A stretch of DNA of 64,000 bases, taken from NCBI GenBank assembly GCA_000002435.2, contig CM018792.1. One strand, 5' to 3'. The stretch is from Giardia intestinalis (taxonomy: Eukaryota). Under the pieces are notes generated by a model. The model had not been told where the DNA came from, did not search any database, and saw only the letters and a list, made by a program, of their open reading frames with translations. The position numbers and the translations under genes are program-made. Position 1 is the stretch's first letter. Each line of letters opens with the position of its first letter. Below, in pieces: positions 22,271 through 32,793 of the stretch.

Positions 22271-22275
22271 GTGTG

Positions 22276-23232
22276 CTATCGCCTAATTTTACGTTTTGCT
22301 TTTCGACCTCTGGGGGTAATTATTTCGCTTAAAGTTAGCTGCTTCTCCCCGTTCTCTTTGGGATATCTAATTTTCAACTTGTCAGCGTCTAGGCTAGTTG
22401 TATTAGTCTCCTCCCTCTCTGCCATCAACACATTATTGTTAAGTAAATAGTTACTGAGTGTTTCTAGGGAAACGTTGATCTTACACTTCTTCATATGCTC
22501 GAGCATTTTGTACTTGTTCACTGGGACAAAGGTCAGAATCAACAGGTACCAGGGAGACGCCTTGATCCAATCGGTAATTGTCTCCTCCAGCGTTTGACGG
22601 CGTGCCGGGGACATCAGCTGGAACTGAGTCAAATGGATATTTGGAAGCCACCCATGAGTATCATGCTCTCTACGCAAAGTCTGTATGGCCTGCTCTCGTG
22701 TAAAGTACTTCTTTCCCAGCTGCTTTAGGCTCTGACGGAGCTGAAAGATGGTGTATGACTCAAAATCCGTAAGGGGGTTAGAAGCAGGTGTGCTAGGCAG
22801 CGCAAGGTTGCAGGGCTGCAGCCTCTCCATTAGAGACAGTCGTCGATGCTCGGGCGTTTGAGGAGGGCGACTAGGCTCTGTGAGCTGGGCAGAGCAGTCG
22901 ACTGTAGGGTGAGTTCTATCTAGAAGTCTCACCAGCTCAGTGGTCTCAGGAGTGCCACCTAAGATTGGCACTGCAATAGGTGTACTTTGGCGAACTGTAC
23001 TAGAGTCCCTTGGACAAGGATTCTCTAGGGGTGAGCACGGCTGAAGAAGTTCTTTGCTCTGTAAAGCCGTTGATTTTACAAATTGTAGATATGCTTTGCG
23101 AGCCAGAATTAAGGATGAAACTATAGAATCGATTCTGCGCAAAATGCACTCTGGCAAATGCTCAGAATCGCCTCCTTCTCCCGTGACATATCCAACAACA
23201 AGGAGACGCAGCGATGCATCATCAGGGGTCAT
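22276..23232 (-). CDS. Hypothetical protein, 318 aa.
   Basis: ORF packed between the convergent gene at 22270 and the Sec61 gene, with only 11 bp between its start and the Sec61 stop. Confidence 0.45.
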   Translation of the reverse strand: MTPDDASLRLLVVGYVTGEGGDSEHLPECILRRIDSIVSSLILARKAYLQFVKSTALQSKELLQPCSPLENPCPRDSSTVRQSTPIAVPILGGTPETTELVRLLDRTHPTVDCSAQLTEPSRPPQTPEHRRLSLMERLQPCNLALPSTPASNPLTDFESYTIFQLRQSLKQLGKKYFTREQAIQTLRREHDTHGWLPNIHLTQFQLMSPARRQTLEETITDWIKASPWYLLILTFVPVNKYKMLEHMKKCKINVSLETLSNYLLNNNVLMAEREETNTTSLDADKLKIRYPKENGEKQLTLSEIITPRGRKAKRKIRR

Positions 23233-23243
23233 TTTTATCGAGT

Positions 23244-24716
23244 TTACATAGAAAGCTGGATACCTTCTTTAGCGAACTCCTCGTACATCTTTACGAGAGT
23301 CGTTGCTGCAAGTAAAATGCCCGTGCCAGACCCAATAGCACCAAAGATGTCCGCACAGAACCCAACAAACCCGAGTATAAGACCGCCTGCGAGGGCTGCA
23401 GTTGGAATGTATCTATTCAGCTCGCGCTGAAGAGCCCCCTTAGTCATATAACCAGGCATGCACCAGCCATTGGTCTCGAGCATCTCTGCGACCTCTTTAG
23501 CGCCTTCACCAGAGAACTCTACCCAGACACGTGAGATAAGCCCAGAGAGAGCGACTAAGGTCACCGCGTGGAGAATGGTATGAATAGGGTGAAAGAGTGC
23601 ACTTCGAAGAGAGTACGGAGAGGCAAGAATCCATGCAAGACCACCTGTTGGAAAGGCCTGACCAGGACGCGACTCGACCTCCGCCCAAGTACCTAGCAGC
23701 GCAGTGAAAATAGAATTGCCAAAGCGACGCCAGATAGCCTGAGAAATCATAAAGACGTTAGACGTCAATGTTGATATAATCATCATGGGCGTCGAAGATG
23801 CATAAAGCAGTCTGATGGGATATTGTTGCTGAACGGATGGCCCTGCCTTTGCATGCTGAATCCGCAAATTACGCTTGATTCCCTGGAGATAGATAGCCAC
23901 AAGGAAAACTACAAGGGTTGCTATAATGTTCATCACATTTGTGAGACCATCCCGGAAGAAGGCCAGCTTGATCGCCTTGAGCTTATTTGGCTGGGTGAAC
24001 ATGTAATGGACAGCTGCCAGGACAGCACCCTCAAATTCCTTTCCATTGCCACGGTCGATGCGGAAGAAGGAGAACGACTTCCAGATGATGTTCTCGCAGA
24101 CATTGGCAGTGGTAAATAAAGAAATACCAGAGCCTATGCCCCATCCATTTTCAAGCATTTCATCCAAGACCTGAACCAGTATAGATGAGATAGTCAGCTG
24201 AGCAATAATGGCCACTGCACTGAACAGGCCTATTTGCGAGATAGACCCGTAAATACCAGCGAGCACATAAAGAACGGCCTGGAAGAAGGTGAAAATAAAT
24301 CCAATAAGATTTTGGACACGATTAAAAACTTGGCTCTCTACTTCGTTGTTCTTGTCAAAGGGCAGTACCTTGGATGAGATAAGTATCTTGAGGAAAAAGC
24401 TCGAAGTGATCGTAGGACCAATACCCAACTCCATGAGGCTTCCTCGCTGGCCCGCAAATATAGAACGCAGCCAGAACAAAGGATCCTTACGGATTGAGGA
24501 GTGCAGACCGTAAAGCGGCACCTGAGAAGCCGTGAGGTAGACAATTAAGGCCAGAAAGGTATAAAGCCCTTTTGTAGTGAAGCGCACCGTTTTCGGAGCC
24601 TTCTCAACACTAGGTAGCATCCTTGCCCACGGATCCAGCACCTTTAACCACGTTGCAACCATCCTTGCTCCACGCCCTCTGGTCTTTCTTTTTTGACTTT
24701 TAACAAACTGTAACAT
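23244..24716 (-). CDS. SEC61A: Protein translocase Sec61 alpha subunit (SecY family). The true start is probably the internal Met at about 24662.
   Basis: Conserved Sec61-alpha blocks: VRFTTKGLYTFLALIVYLTASQVPLYGL, SLMELGIGPTITSSFFLKIL, GWGIGSGISLFTTANVCENIIWKSFS and TNGWCMPGYMTKG. 10-TM topology. The first 18 codons (MLQFVKSQKRKTRGRGAR) are basic and not Sec61-like. Confidence 0.9.
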   Translation of the reverse strand: MLQFVKSQKRKTRGRGARMVATWLKVLDPWARMLPSVEKAPKTVRFTTKGLYTFLALIVYLTASQVPLYGLHSSIRKDPLFWLRSIFAGQRGSLMELGIGPTITSSFFLKILISSKVLPFDKNNEVESQVFNRVQNLIGFIFTFFQAVLYVLAGIYGSISQIGLFSAVAIIAQLTISSILVQVLDEMLENGWGIGSGISLFTTANVCENIIWKSFSFFRIDRGNGKEFEGAVLAAVHYMFTQPNKLKAIKLAFFRDGLTNVMNIIATLVVFLVAIYLQGIKRNLRIQHAKAGPSVQQQYPIRLLYASSTPMMIISTLTSNVFMISQAIWRRFGNSIFTALLGTWAEVESRPGQAFPTGGLAWILASPYSLRSALFHPIHTILHAVTLVALSGLISRVWVEFSGEGAKEVAEMLETNGWCMPGYMTKGALQRELNRYIPTAALAGGLILGFVGFCADIFGAIGSGTGILLAATTLVKMYEEFAKEGIQLSM

Positions 24717-24880
24717 GTCAAAGTCTTAAGTTGACCAATGGAGATGCAATAAAAACAGTACCAAAGCTTAGACTAGGCGACCTGACTATTAACTGAGTAT
24801 GGATAGCAGATGCAAATCATTTTGTCTCATCGATAAGCCTCTGAAATAATAATTCCAATTCAAAATTAGAGTGACCAATC

Positions 24881-26509
24881 ATGCCTGAGGTGGTGGAAAA
24901 GGACAGTCATGGCATTGTGCGAGGCAAGCAGTGCAACACAGCACGTGATCAGTCGAAGCAACAGAAGCAGGCGATTCGTGGTGGCGACGTGACTTTCAGC
25001 TTAACTAAGACCCGTGACACTTTTGCTGATTGGTTTGATGCCATTATGGATGCTGCAGAGCTTGTTGATAGGCGCTACCCAGTTAAAGGCTGCGTTGTCT
25101 TTCGTCCTTATGGGTTTTTCATGGAGAATGCTATTATGAGGCTTTGCGAGGAGGAGTATGCTAAGGTAGGTATTAGCCAGATTCTCTTTCCTACTGTTAT
25201 TCCAGAAAGCTTTCTGAAGAAGGAAAGTGATCATATAAAGGGCTTCGAGGCAGAATGCTTCTGGGTCGAAAAAGGTGGACTCCAGCCGCTGGAAGAGCGC
25301 CTTGCTCTAAGGCCTACTTCTGAGACAGCCATATACTCTATGTTCTCCAAGTGGGTCCGTTCCTACAAAGATCTTCCTCTGAAAATTCATCAGACGTGTA
25401 CCATATTTCGCCATGAGACAAAAAACACAAAGCCCCTAATAAGAGTTAGAGAGATCCATTGGAACGAGGCACATTGTTGCCATGCAACAGCAGAAGATGC
25501 GGTGTCTCAACTTTCCGACTACTGGAAAGTTATCGACACCATTTTTAGCGACGAGCTCTGCTTCAAGGGGCAAAAGCTACGCCGCGTATGTTGGGATAGG
25601 TTTCCGGGTGCGGACTACAGTGAAGTCTCCGATGTCGTTATGCCGTGTGGGCGAGTGCTTCAAACAGCCGGCATCCACAATCTTGGGCAACGCTTCTCGT
25701 CTACCTTCGATATTCTGTATGCGAACAAGGCTAATGAAAGCGTGCATCCATACCTAACGTGTGCAGGTATATCCACTCGTGTGCTAGCGTGTGCCTTATC
25801 AATCCATGGGGACTCGGGAGGCTTGGTTCTTCCTCCCCTCATTGCCCCCATCCATGTAGTAATAATTCCAATTGGCTGTGGAAAGAAAAACAACCAAGAG
25901 TCCGATCAGCAGGTTTTGGGGAAGGTAAACGAAATCGCCGACACCCTGAAGTCAAAGCTTGGATTACGGGTTTCTATCGACGATGACTTCTCGAAGAGCA
26001 TGGGCGATAAATTGTACTATTATGAACTCAAGGGGGTGCCTCTTCGAATAGAAGTTGGACAGCGTGATTTGGCCAACGGTCAATGCATTGTTGTGCCCCG
26101 TGATGTAGGAAAGGACCAGAAAAGAGTAATTCCCATTACGGAGGTCATGAAGGTATCTTCTCATACCACCGAAAACCACGAGTTGGTTGTGAAAAATGTT
26201 ATCAAGGACGAGCTAGACGCCTACAAAGCCAGGCTTAAGGAAAAGGCATTTGCATTTCACAATTCCATGGTTACCAATTGCAAGAGTTTTGATGAGATAG
26301 TGGCTTGTATAGAAAACAAGGGAGGCCTGGCACGCTTTCCATTTTATACGACAGAGGCCGATGGTGAAGTGTGGGACAAGAAGCTAAAAGATGCGTGCTC
26401 TGCAGAAATTCGCGGGCACAATCCCGACGAGAATGTTCTCCCCGGCGAGGTCTGTGCCCTTTCAGGGAAACCTGCTGTTTGCTACATGTACTGTGCCAAG
26501 TCGTATTAA
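24881..26509 (+). CDS. PARS: Prolyl-tRNA synthetase, archaeal/eukaryotic-type class II aaRS.
   Basis: Class II motifs and ProRS blocks: FRPYGFFMENAIMRL, LALRPTSETAIYSMFSKWVRSYKDLPLKIHQTCTIFRHE, HVVIIPIG (anticodon-binding domain), and a C-terminal zinc-binding domain ending in a conserved Tyr (CYMYCAKSY). AGTAAAT polyA signal about 18 nt after the stop. Confidence 0.88.
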   Translation: MPEVVEKDSHGIVRGKQCNTARDQSKQQKQAIRGGDVTFSLTKTRDTFADWFDAIMDAAELVDRRYPVKGCVVFRPYGFFMENAIMRLCEEEYAKVGISQILFPTVIPESFLKKESDHIKGFEAECFWVEKGGLQPLEERLALRPTSETAIYSMFSKWVRSYKDLPLKIHQTCTIFRHETKNTKPLIRVREIHWNEAHCCHATAEDAVSQLSDYWKVIDTIFSDELCFKGQKLRRVCWDRFPGADYSEVSDVVMPCGRVLQTAGIHNLGQRFSSTFDILYANKANESVHPYLTCAGISTRVLACALSIHGDSGGLVLPPLIAPIHVVIIPIGCGKKNNQESDQQVLGKVNEIADTLKSKLGLRVSIDDDFSKSMGDKLYYYELKGVPLRIEVGQRDLANGQCIVVPRDVGKDQKRVIPITEVMKVSSHTTENHELVVKNVIKDELDAYKARLKEKAFAFHNSMVTNCKSFDEIVACIENKGGLARFPFYTTEADGEVWDKKLKDACSAEIRGHNPDENVLPGEVCALSGKPAVCYMYCAKSY

Positions 26510-26566
26510 CGCCAGGATGTATAAAAGTAAATCTTTAGGTACTCTATCCATTTTCATTTATCGACT

Positions 26567-28885
26567 CTAGAAGAGGACCTCCTCTATCAATGACCAGACG
26601 GCCTTGTCATGAATAAGCATGAAGTGAGTAATATTCTTTACGATAACACGGTCAATAACAAAATCATGTGGAAATCCATCCGATAGGGCAGAATGAAGCA
26701 AGACTGTTCCATCGCCATCAGAATCAATTGTAGTGGGGATTTGCGTGCAGAGTTCATGGTAGCTACTGACTGGTTGATTGTAGACCACGTGCAGTGGAGT
26801 CTTGCACCCACTTCCACAGATAGCAAAGTAACGGAAGTTGGTTTCATTAGGCTGCGGGAAGATAATTGGTTTCGTTCGTATCTTATAGATCTCATCCCAG
26901 TATTGCTCAAAAGGCTCAAATAAGTACTCCTCCAGGCTTCCAGGGCGGTTGAGGCTTTTCATCAAGGACAGAACGCTGCGGTAGATGATGGATGAAACGA
27001 CACTTATGCTACTCCAAGGCAGAGGTGGTATCTTGATGCCAGTCTGCACATTGTGTGGTCGTTGACGCAAGGCTGACATACCACGAAAACCCGCTTTGTC
27101 AAGTCTGTATAAAGATGAGATTAGTTCCAAAGGAGTTGATTCAGTGAACAAGTTCTTGTCTGCAACTACTTCCACAGCACAATGATCCTCTAGGTCAGAT
27201 GCTTTTGTAGGAGTTATTAGTCTAGTTTGCTTCACTACCGAAGTTGTGCGCCTATGGTTTAGTGCCTTTTGCTTGTGGTTTAGATCTAATGTTGCGGTCT
27301 TATAAACAGAAAGCGTTAATGGCACAAATGCGCTTTCTGCTCTGTTAGTGTAAGGAGCAAGCCGTACTAGCGTCCCTGCATCTTCAAAAATGTCCCGAAG
27401 AGCTGTGAAATCGCTGAAGCTTTGATAAATGGAGTTAGCGTATGCATGCTGAAGAATGTCTGGGCGTGATGACGAGCGAATGATTTCAGTTGGTGCGCCA
27501 ACTCTGCAGTCTTTGATTTCATCGTAATAGGGGGCATCTTCTTTGAGGAGTAGCCGATCGCCAGAAATATAAAACCATGGATGCTTAAAGGCACGTAGTG
27601 GCAGGTATGATTTTCTAAGGTCTGAAGTCTCTGTCCAAGAGGTATACGCCTCCCATTCCCACAAACCAAGCTGGTTCTCAACAGCCTCTCGAGTAGGTAT
27701 ACCAACCGTATAACGTGGAGTTAGTAGCGTATCAACGTATAAGAAATTAGAAGACCAAATGCGCTCGCCTGTCACCTTTGACCGAAGAACTCCGCGTTTT
27801 ATATTTAACAGCAAAAGTCGTAATGCCTGTGCCTCGTGTTGTGGATGGAGTTTTTCTGGTTGTTGACTGAGTCTCAGAAGAAGAAGAGACGAAAGATCAG
27901 GAAACTTTTTCCCGTACTTTTTCAAATCAACAGAGATATCCTTGATAGAGAGGTTGGTAGGAATGACTTTTTGCAAGAACTTTTTGTAAAGTGATCCATC
28001 AGTACAATAGGTAGGGCCAGGGTCATGAGTTGAAACACCTATCTGACGTGCAAAATTAGCGCTGTTTCGGTAAACTTTCTTAATAAATATGCAAGTAGGA
28101 ATGTATTGATTGACACCATACTCCTCTAATTGTGAAACCACAGGAGCAGGGCCCAGAAAGACAGGAACAGAGCTGCTGGCTTGGAAATTGCGAGCTGTTA
28201 TATATTTTATAAATGGGATTTTCAATGCGAAACCGTTGATAAGACTCATTGCCATATAGGCAGAAGAGTTATCGTAAGGGGGTCCAATTGCTATAAAGCG
28301 AAAAATATGTTGATGCCAGTCATCATACAACTGCATATACAGCCTGACCAACAGCGCACCATGGCTATGACCAATTAGAATAACGTGTAAGGAGCTAGTT
28401 CTATTCAAGACACTCAGAATGAGTCTTCGCAGAGAGCCTAAAACTGCATCAGATGATAGGGGCTGTCGCCAATCATACGAATGGCAAAAGAGATCGACAT
28501 CCACTTGATATCCGTGCCTTTTGAGTCTATTCTTTAAAGTAGTGAAATATCTGCCAAGCATGAATTTGGGATTTAAGGCATGAATCACGGAGATACCCCA
28601 GTGCTGAGCTAGGTGTGAGCAACCCTTGAAGCCTTCCAATATGTGCATATCTCCAACATCTTCAATAAACGACTGATACCGGCCATCACTGGTTGGCTTT
28701 CCCCATACATCGTTTATCATCTTTTCTCCCATACGGGACTTTGGTATGTAATGAGCTGAAACCCACGCACGTTCTCTCATGCCCGTTGTCCTGTGGACGA
28801 TGTCCAGTTTGGTACTACAGAGACCTGGAATAAGGATTATAGGCACACGTGCTTGTTGCTCAGTGGTAGCCCCAGGTGCCCTCAT
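26567..28885 (-). CDS. LCAT-like alpha/beta-hydrolase (putative phospholipase or acyltransferase), 772 aa.
   Basis: Nucleophile elbow LHVILIGHSHGALLVRLYM (GxSxG) preceded by a WRQP-type LCAT-like region (CHSYDWRQPLSSDAVLGSLRRLIL). Long C-terminal extension. Confidence 0.5.
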   Translation of the reverse strand: MRAPGATTEQQARVPIILIPGLCSTKLDIVHRTTGMRERAWVSAHYIPKSRMGEKMINDVWGKPTSDGRYQSFIEDVGDMHILEGFKGCSHLAQHWGISVIHALNPKFMLGRYFTTLKNRLKRHGYQVDVDLFCHSYDWRQPLSSDAVLGSLRRLILSVLNRTSSLHVILIGHSHGALLVRLYMQLYDDWHQHIFRFIAIGPPYDNSSAYMAMSLINGFALKIPFIKYITARNFQASSSVPVFLGPAPVVSQLEEYGVNQYIPTCIFIKKVYRNSANFARQIGVSTHDPGPTYCTDGSLYKKFLQKVIPTNLSIKDISVDLKKYGKKFPDLSSLLLLRLSQQPEKLHPQHEAQALRLLLLNIKRGVLRSKVTGERIWSSNFLYVDTLLTPRYTVGIPTREAVENQLGLWEWEAYTSWTETSDLRKSYLPLRAFKHPWFYISGDRLLLKEDAPYYDEIKDCRVGAPTEIIRSSSRPDILQHAYANSIYQSFSDFTALRDIFEDAGTLVRLAPYTNRAESAFVPLTLSVYKTATLDLNHKQKALNHRRTTSVVKQTRLITPTKASDLEDHCAVEVVADKNLFTESTPLELISSLYRLDKAGFRGMSALRQRPHNVQTGIKIPPLPWSSISVVSSIIYRSVLSLMKSLNRPGSLEEYLFEPFEQYWDEIYKIRTKPIIFPQPNETNFRYFAICGSGCKTPLHVVYNQPVSSYHELCTQIPTTIDSDGDGTVLLHSALSDGFPHDFVIDRVIVKNITHFMLIHDKAVWSLIEEVLF

Positions 28886-28984
28886 AATGTAAACAATTTA
28901 TATTCAACTTTGAACCCTGTAGATACTCACTATGAACTATGATCTCCATCGCATGGTTGGTGGGTTGGCAAATGCAGCAGTCTA

Positions 28985-29821
28985 CTACAGCCCACTACAA
29001 AAGTTTGGATCCAATCCCTTTGCTTCCAAAATGATCTCCTGTGCGCAATCGTTAATATGTTTGAATCGTGCTGGACCCAGAGGGATTCCACCAAAGTATC
29101 TGGTGACGATTGCGACCCTATTATAAACCTTCATCTTCTGCATCAACAGCAGTAGGCGCCCTCCCGCTGCATGCTCTCCGTCATCATCGAAGCCCTCTTG
29201 AAGGTCAGATGGATCTTTCGTCGAGCAGAGGCGATAAGCAATGATATTATGGGTTGCATCGTCAAGTCCTTGAGTGTCCTTGAGAAAGATGCAGAGTCGA
29301 TCAACGTCCTCAATAGTCAAAACGTGTGCGGTGTGCGCGAAAAACACGGACTTCTTCGATTTTATGGTATTAGACTTGAGAATACATCGTTCTTTGAGCC
29401 AATGATCATCTATGCAAAGTGCACTTTTACAAAGTACTGGGGACTTAGATTGTTCTGAAGTAAAGGCGGCTTTAGGAACATTATTCCTATTAAAAGACTC
29501 TAGTGCAGAAACCAGTTTTCCATATGCAAAGACAGCAGCAGCAATTAGATCTGTGGGATCTGCTTCGACGATATCCATAAGCTCCTTAGTTAAAAGCCTA
29601 CAATCATCAAAGGATAGAGTTGTGGATTGGATTTTTGCGGAGTTAATCAGTAGATCCTTGGAGTCTTCGACGGAGTTGCTCAATGACAAGTTGAAAACGA
29701 TAGAGCTTTCATAGCGACTTTTGTCGTTATTAATGAAAAGGGAGACAACAGGCAAAGATACATCCACAGTACACTCAGGAAACATGTGCTCTAAAGCGCC
29801 TAGCTGCTCATTCATGGGCAA
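28985..29821 (-). CDS. IMPACT/YIH1-family protein (RWD-like N-terminus plus UPF0029 C-terminal domain).
   Basis: Family signature DDDGEHAAGGRLLLLMQKMKVYNRVAIVTRYFGGIPLGPARFKHI, corresponding to DDGE..aG...l.....nvlvVVtRyfGG..LG in IMPACT/YigZ. Confidence 0.7.
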   Translation of the reverse strand: MPMNEQLGALEHMFPECTVDVSLPVVSLFINNDKSRYESSIVFNLSLSNSVEDSKDLLINSAKIQSTTLSFDDCRLLTKELMDIVEADPTDLIAAAVFAYGKLVSALESFNRNNVPKAAFTSEQSKSPVLCKSALCIDDHWLKERCILKSNTIKSKKSVFFAHTAHVLTIEDVDRLCIFLKDTQGLDDATHNIIAYRLCSTKDPSDLQEGFDDDGEHAAGGRLLLLMQKMKVYNRVAIVTRYFGGIPLGPARFKHINDCAQEIILEAKGLDPNFCSGL

Positions 29822-29863
29822 TTGATATTTCGGATTTTTCTTTAAAAAAACTCGGGACTTGGC

Positions 29864-30655
29864 ATGAACACTCTCTTCTCCGTTTCTCCCATGACCATGC
29901 CCTTCTACAGAGCATACAAGGCGAAGCAGGGTTCATTTTTTGTTGTGTCTAGCACCTTTGATCTCCCTATTCTGGTCAAGATAAGCTCTACTGCCTCGCA
30001 GGACTACATAGTCTATCCTCCAATATTTGTATTAGCCCCGCATACAGCCCAAGAAATTTGCGTCAGCCTCACATTAAAGGAAGAGCTAAAACCTCACGAA
30101 GATCACCGCTACTCTGTTGACGCCTTTCCCTTGGAGCAGGGGGCCTATGCATCTCTCAGTACTGACGCATCTCCGCAACCAACAGCATTACGAATCTACT
30201 GGAACTCGCACTACAATGACGCATGCAGAAAAGGAAGGTTGTTTACTCAGAAATTCACTGTTTCATTTGTGGACGGGGCACCCCCTGCAGCTGTGCAGAA
30301 ACTTGCACGTCATGTTCCCGCAGAAATACTTGATTCGAAGGATCTTGATACAGAGCTGGGGAATATAAGCCACAAGAAAGCAAGATACATCGCAGAGAAG
30401 GCGTCTCTCTTGCACTCTATCCAGCTTCAGCAAGGAAAAATAGATCTTCTTAAGAATACCATTTCCCGCGATGAAGCAGAAATACTTAGGTTCAATAGAG
30501 AGATTGATGAACTTCAGAGGCGCCTCAAGGAGCTTGGCAATCATGACACCTTGTCTAAGTACATCATAGGCACCAGGCTAGAGCTTCGTGTAGTACACTA
30601 CATACTAGCAATCTTTGTCGGGTTAATATGCGGTAGGCTATTGCACAAATTTTGA
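29864..30655 (+). CDS. VAP-like tail-anchored protein (MSP domain, coiled coil, C-terminal TM).
   Basis: The N-terminal ~120 aa has MSP-domain beta-strand pattern (FFVVSSTFDLPILVKISSTASQDYIVYPPIFVLAPHTAQEICVSL). Coiled coil (EAEILRFNREIDELQRRLKELG). C-terminal TM ILAIFVGLICGRLL. It shares a 42-bp AT-rich divergent promoter region with the IMPACT gene. Confidence 0.6.
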   Translation: MNTLFSVSPMTMPFYRAYKAKQGSFFVVSSTFDLPILVKISSTASQDYIVYPPIFVLAPHTAQEICVSLTLKEELKPHEDHRYSVDAFPLEQGAYASLSTDASPQPTALRIYWNSHYNDACRKGRLFTQKFTVSFVDGAPPAAVQKLARHVPAEILDSKDLDTELGNISHKKARYIAEKASLLHSIQLQQGKIDLLKNTISRDEAEILRFNREIDELQRRLKELGNHDTLSKYIIGTRLELRVVHYILAIFVGLICGRLLHKF

Positions 30656-30692
30656 TGGAACACCCAGATATTTTTCATGTGCTTACTCAAAC

Positions 30693-32723
30693 TCAACTCA
30701 ACTTCTCCGTGCTCATCATATATACTTCTGCAAGTCTAGAGCATATTTCATATTGGGTCGCGGCAATGTTGCGTAACCCAAGTTGACTCTGAGGTAGATA
30801 TGCCTCCGCATTATAGTATGTTAGAGAGCGCTGGAAACCTAGAGACAACTCCTCAAATTGGACGGCACTAATATGAGTTCCCATTTCATCTGAGCAAGCG
30901 TCAGAAACGACGGCCGGTACTACGTTGAGGAAGAAACTCGGGGAGCTCACAAGCTCATATGACAATGCCTGAATCTCTTTAGCATGCTGGTGCCTTTTAT
31001 CAATGCTCTGGCGCGCGGTTATTATATGCTCTCTGAAGAGCTTTATATTCTTTGCCAGTGCAATGTCCTCTACAATTTCATGATCGGCCATATCCACGTC
31101 CGAGATCATGGCTTCAATTGCAGCAAATAGCGAACTAGCGCTTTCTCCGTTTATTTCCTCCATAGCCACTCGTATGGCCTCCTTGAGAGCCCTGGTAACC
31201 AATCTTTTCAACTCATCCATCTTTCCTGCGCGTTTGTACCACAAAGCAGCATCTTGTATGAGGTTTCTTCGCTCCAGCATTTGTGCAGCCCCCTTCTTGA
31301 CCAGCAGCTCCATCTCTGGTCCTAGTTCCAATCGGGATACAAGGTGTAGTAGCTCTATGATCTCGGTTACGTCCTCTGCCGATGCAATTTTTGAATACAG
31401 TGCTTGCTGAATTCTGTGAGAAATATTATTTTTTGAGACTAGGTCTGCGTTACTTGGAAGGGTCCAACGATAGTAATCTATGGCGAGCTTCCATATCCCA
31501 GTACTTGTAGTATCGATTGACAGTGTTTTTTGGGCCCCAGAGACATCTACCAACACGCGTATCTCACTAAGGCACTCCGCATAGCTCATTATGGCAGCAA
31601 CACGGGCTGACTGGAAAATGTGGTCAGCAGTTGAAATGAGGTCCATGATATGTGCATAAATCATCAACAGAAGTGGCTTTTTCAACGAGTTCATCCCGCA
31701 AAGAGTAGAGAAGGACCACGGTGTAGATTGTAGGGCAATACTCATGAAGGCCTCCTGTGTATGTTCTTTATTCGGCTGTTTAAATAAAGCAATCGAAGAA
31801 AATGACAGGATACTTTGTAGAGTTACCAAGAAAGCAGTAACATATGGGCCATAAGTATGCGAGAATTTGACTGATTTCAAAAGTATCTCAAATAGCAGCC
31901 GGAGATCTTCTACATAAGTATCTTGTCTTTTCTGCTTTATTTTTCCATACTGTACCTCTATAATTATAAGGAAGCAAAGGTAGACGAGAGCATTGGATGT
32001 AATTGGCGCTATAAGAGATGAGTTATTTGCATCAGATTGCTTTACAAAGTATGAAAGCTTTCTTATCAAGGGTCTTAGCTCTTGATCATCTCCAATTTGT
32101 GCGATTGTTAAATGCCCCAGGAATTCTAGTGGTTGTATATTTCCAGAGAGCATATCTATGATCTGCTGGAGTTCAGACTTTTTTCCACCGGCCTGAGCAA
32201 GCTTATCCGCTCCTGGCTTTCCTTGCTTAGGTTGTGATATACCATTCAAGAGGTTAGCTATCTGTATGCTAAGCGGATCATGATTACTTGCCAGATAGCC
32301 TTGTATATCCTCAGTATTGCCTAGCAGTAAATCAAGCTTGAATCGTGTTTCTGGAGCCAAATGGGGCTGCCTCTGAAGTGCAGCCCCATCCAGGTCAGCT
32401 AACGCTTTGATAAAGTTCCTAAGAATGCTTAATATTCCTTCTGTGGCAGTAGCTCTTGCCAGCGTTGCGTGTTTGTATATTCGAAGATAGAACATCTCGA
32501 GAAGGGCCCAAATAGATCGTAAGAAGAGCAAGTCATAGGTAATGTTCAAGTTCGATACCTTCAAAGCCTTTACGAGTTCGTCAAACACAGAGAGATAGTC
32601 CTGCGATGCTTGAATGGGATCAAAGTGGGTATTAGATGCTCGATTGTGAATAGAGGCTTGGGATGAGAGAAAGACCTTGTGCATTTCAAATAGGAGACGG
32701 ATCACTTGCGGCGTAGAGTCCAT
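30693..32723 (-). CDS. Hypothetical protein, 676 aa, alpha-helical.
   Basis: Long ORF with no diagnostic motifs. Confidence 0.5.
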   Translation of the reverse strand: MDSTPQVIRLLFEMHKVFLSSQASIHNRASNTHFDPIQASQDYLSVFDELVKALKVSNLNITYDLLFLRSIWALLEMFYLRIYKHATLARATATEGILSILRNFIKALADLDGAALQRQPHLAPETRFKLDLLLGNTEDIQGYLASNHDPLSIQIANLLNGISQPKQGKPGADKLAQAGGKKSELQQIIDMLSGNIQPLEFLGHLTIAQIGDDQELRPLIRKLSYFVKQSDANNSSLIAPITSNALVYLCFLIIIEVQYGKIKQKRQDTYVEDLRLLFEILLKSVKFSHTYGPYVTAFLVTLQSILSFSSIALFKQPNKEHTQEAFMSIALQSTPWSFSTLCGMNSLKKPLLLMIYAHIMDLISTADHIFQSARVAAIMSYAECLSEIRVLVDVSGAQKTLSIDTTSTGIWKLAIDYYRWTLPSNADLVSKNNISHRIQQALYSKIASAEDVTEIIELLHLVSRLELGPEMELLVKKGAAQMLERRNLIQDAALWYKRAGKMDELKRLVTRALKEAIRVAMEEINGESASSLFAAIEAMISDVDMADHEIVEDIALAKNIKLFREHIITARQSIDKRHQHAKEIQALSYELVSSPSFFLNVVPAVVSDACSDEMGTHISAVQFEELSLGFQRSLTYYNAEAYLPQSQLGLRNIAATQYEICSRLAEVYMMSTEKLS

Positions 32724-32793
32724 ACGTGCCTCCGGTCACGATAGCAAATTTTAAGGAAGCCAGATTTACTGTAAAACGCACCGAACCTTCTTT

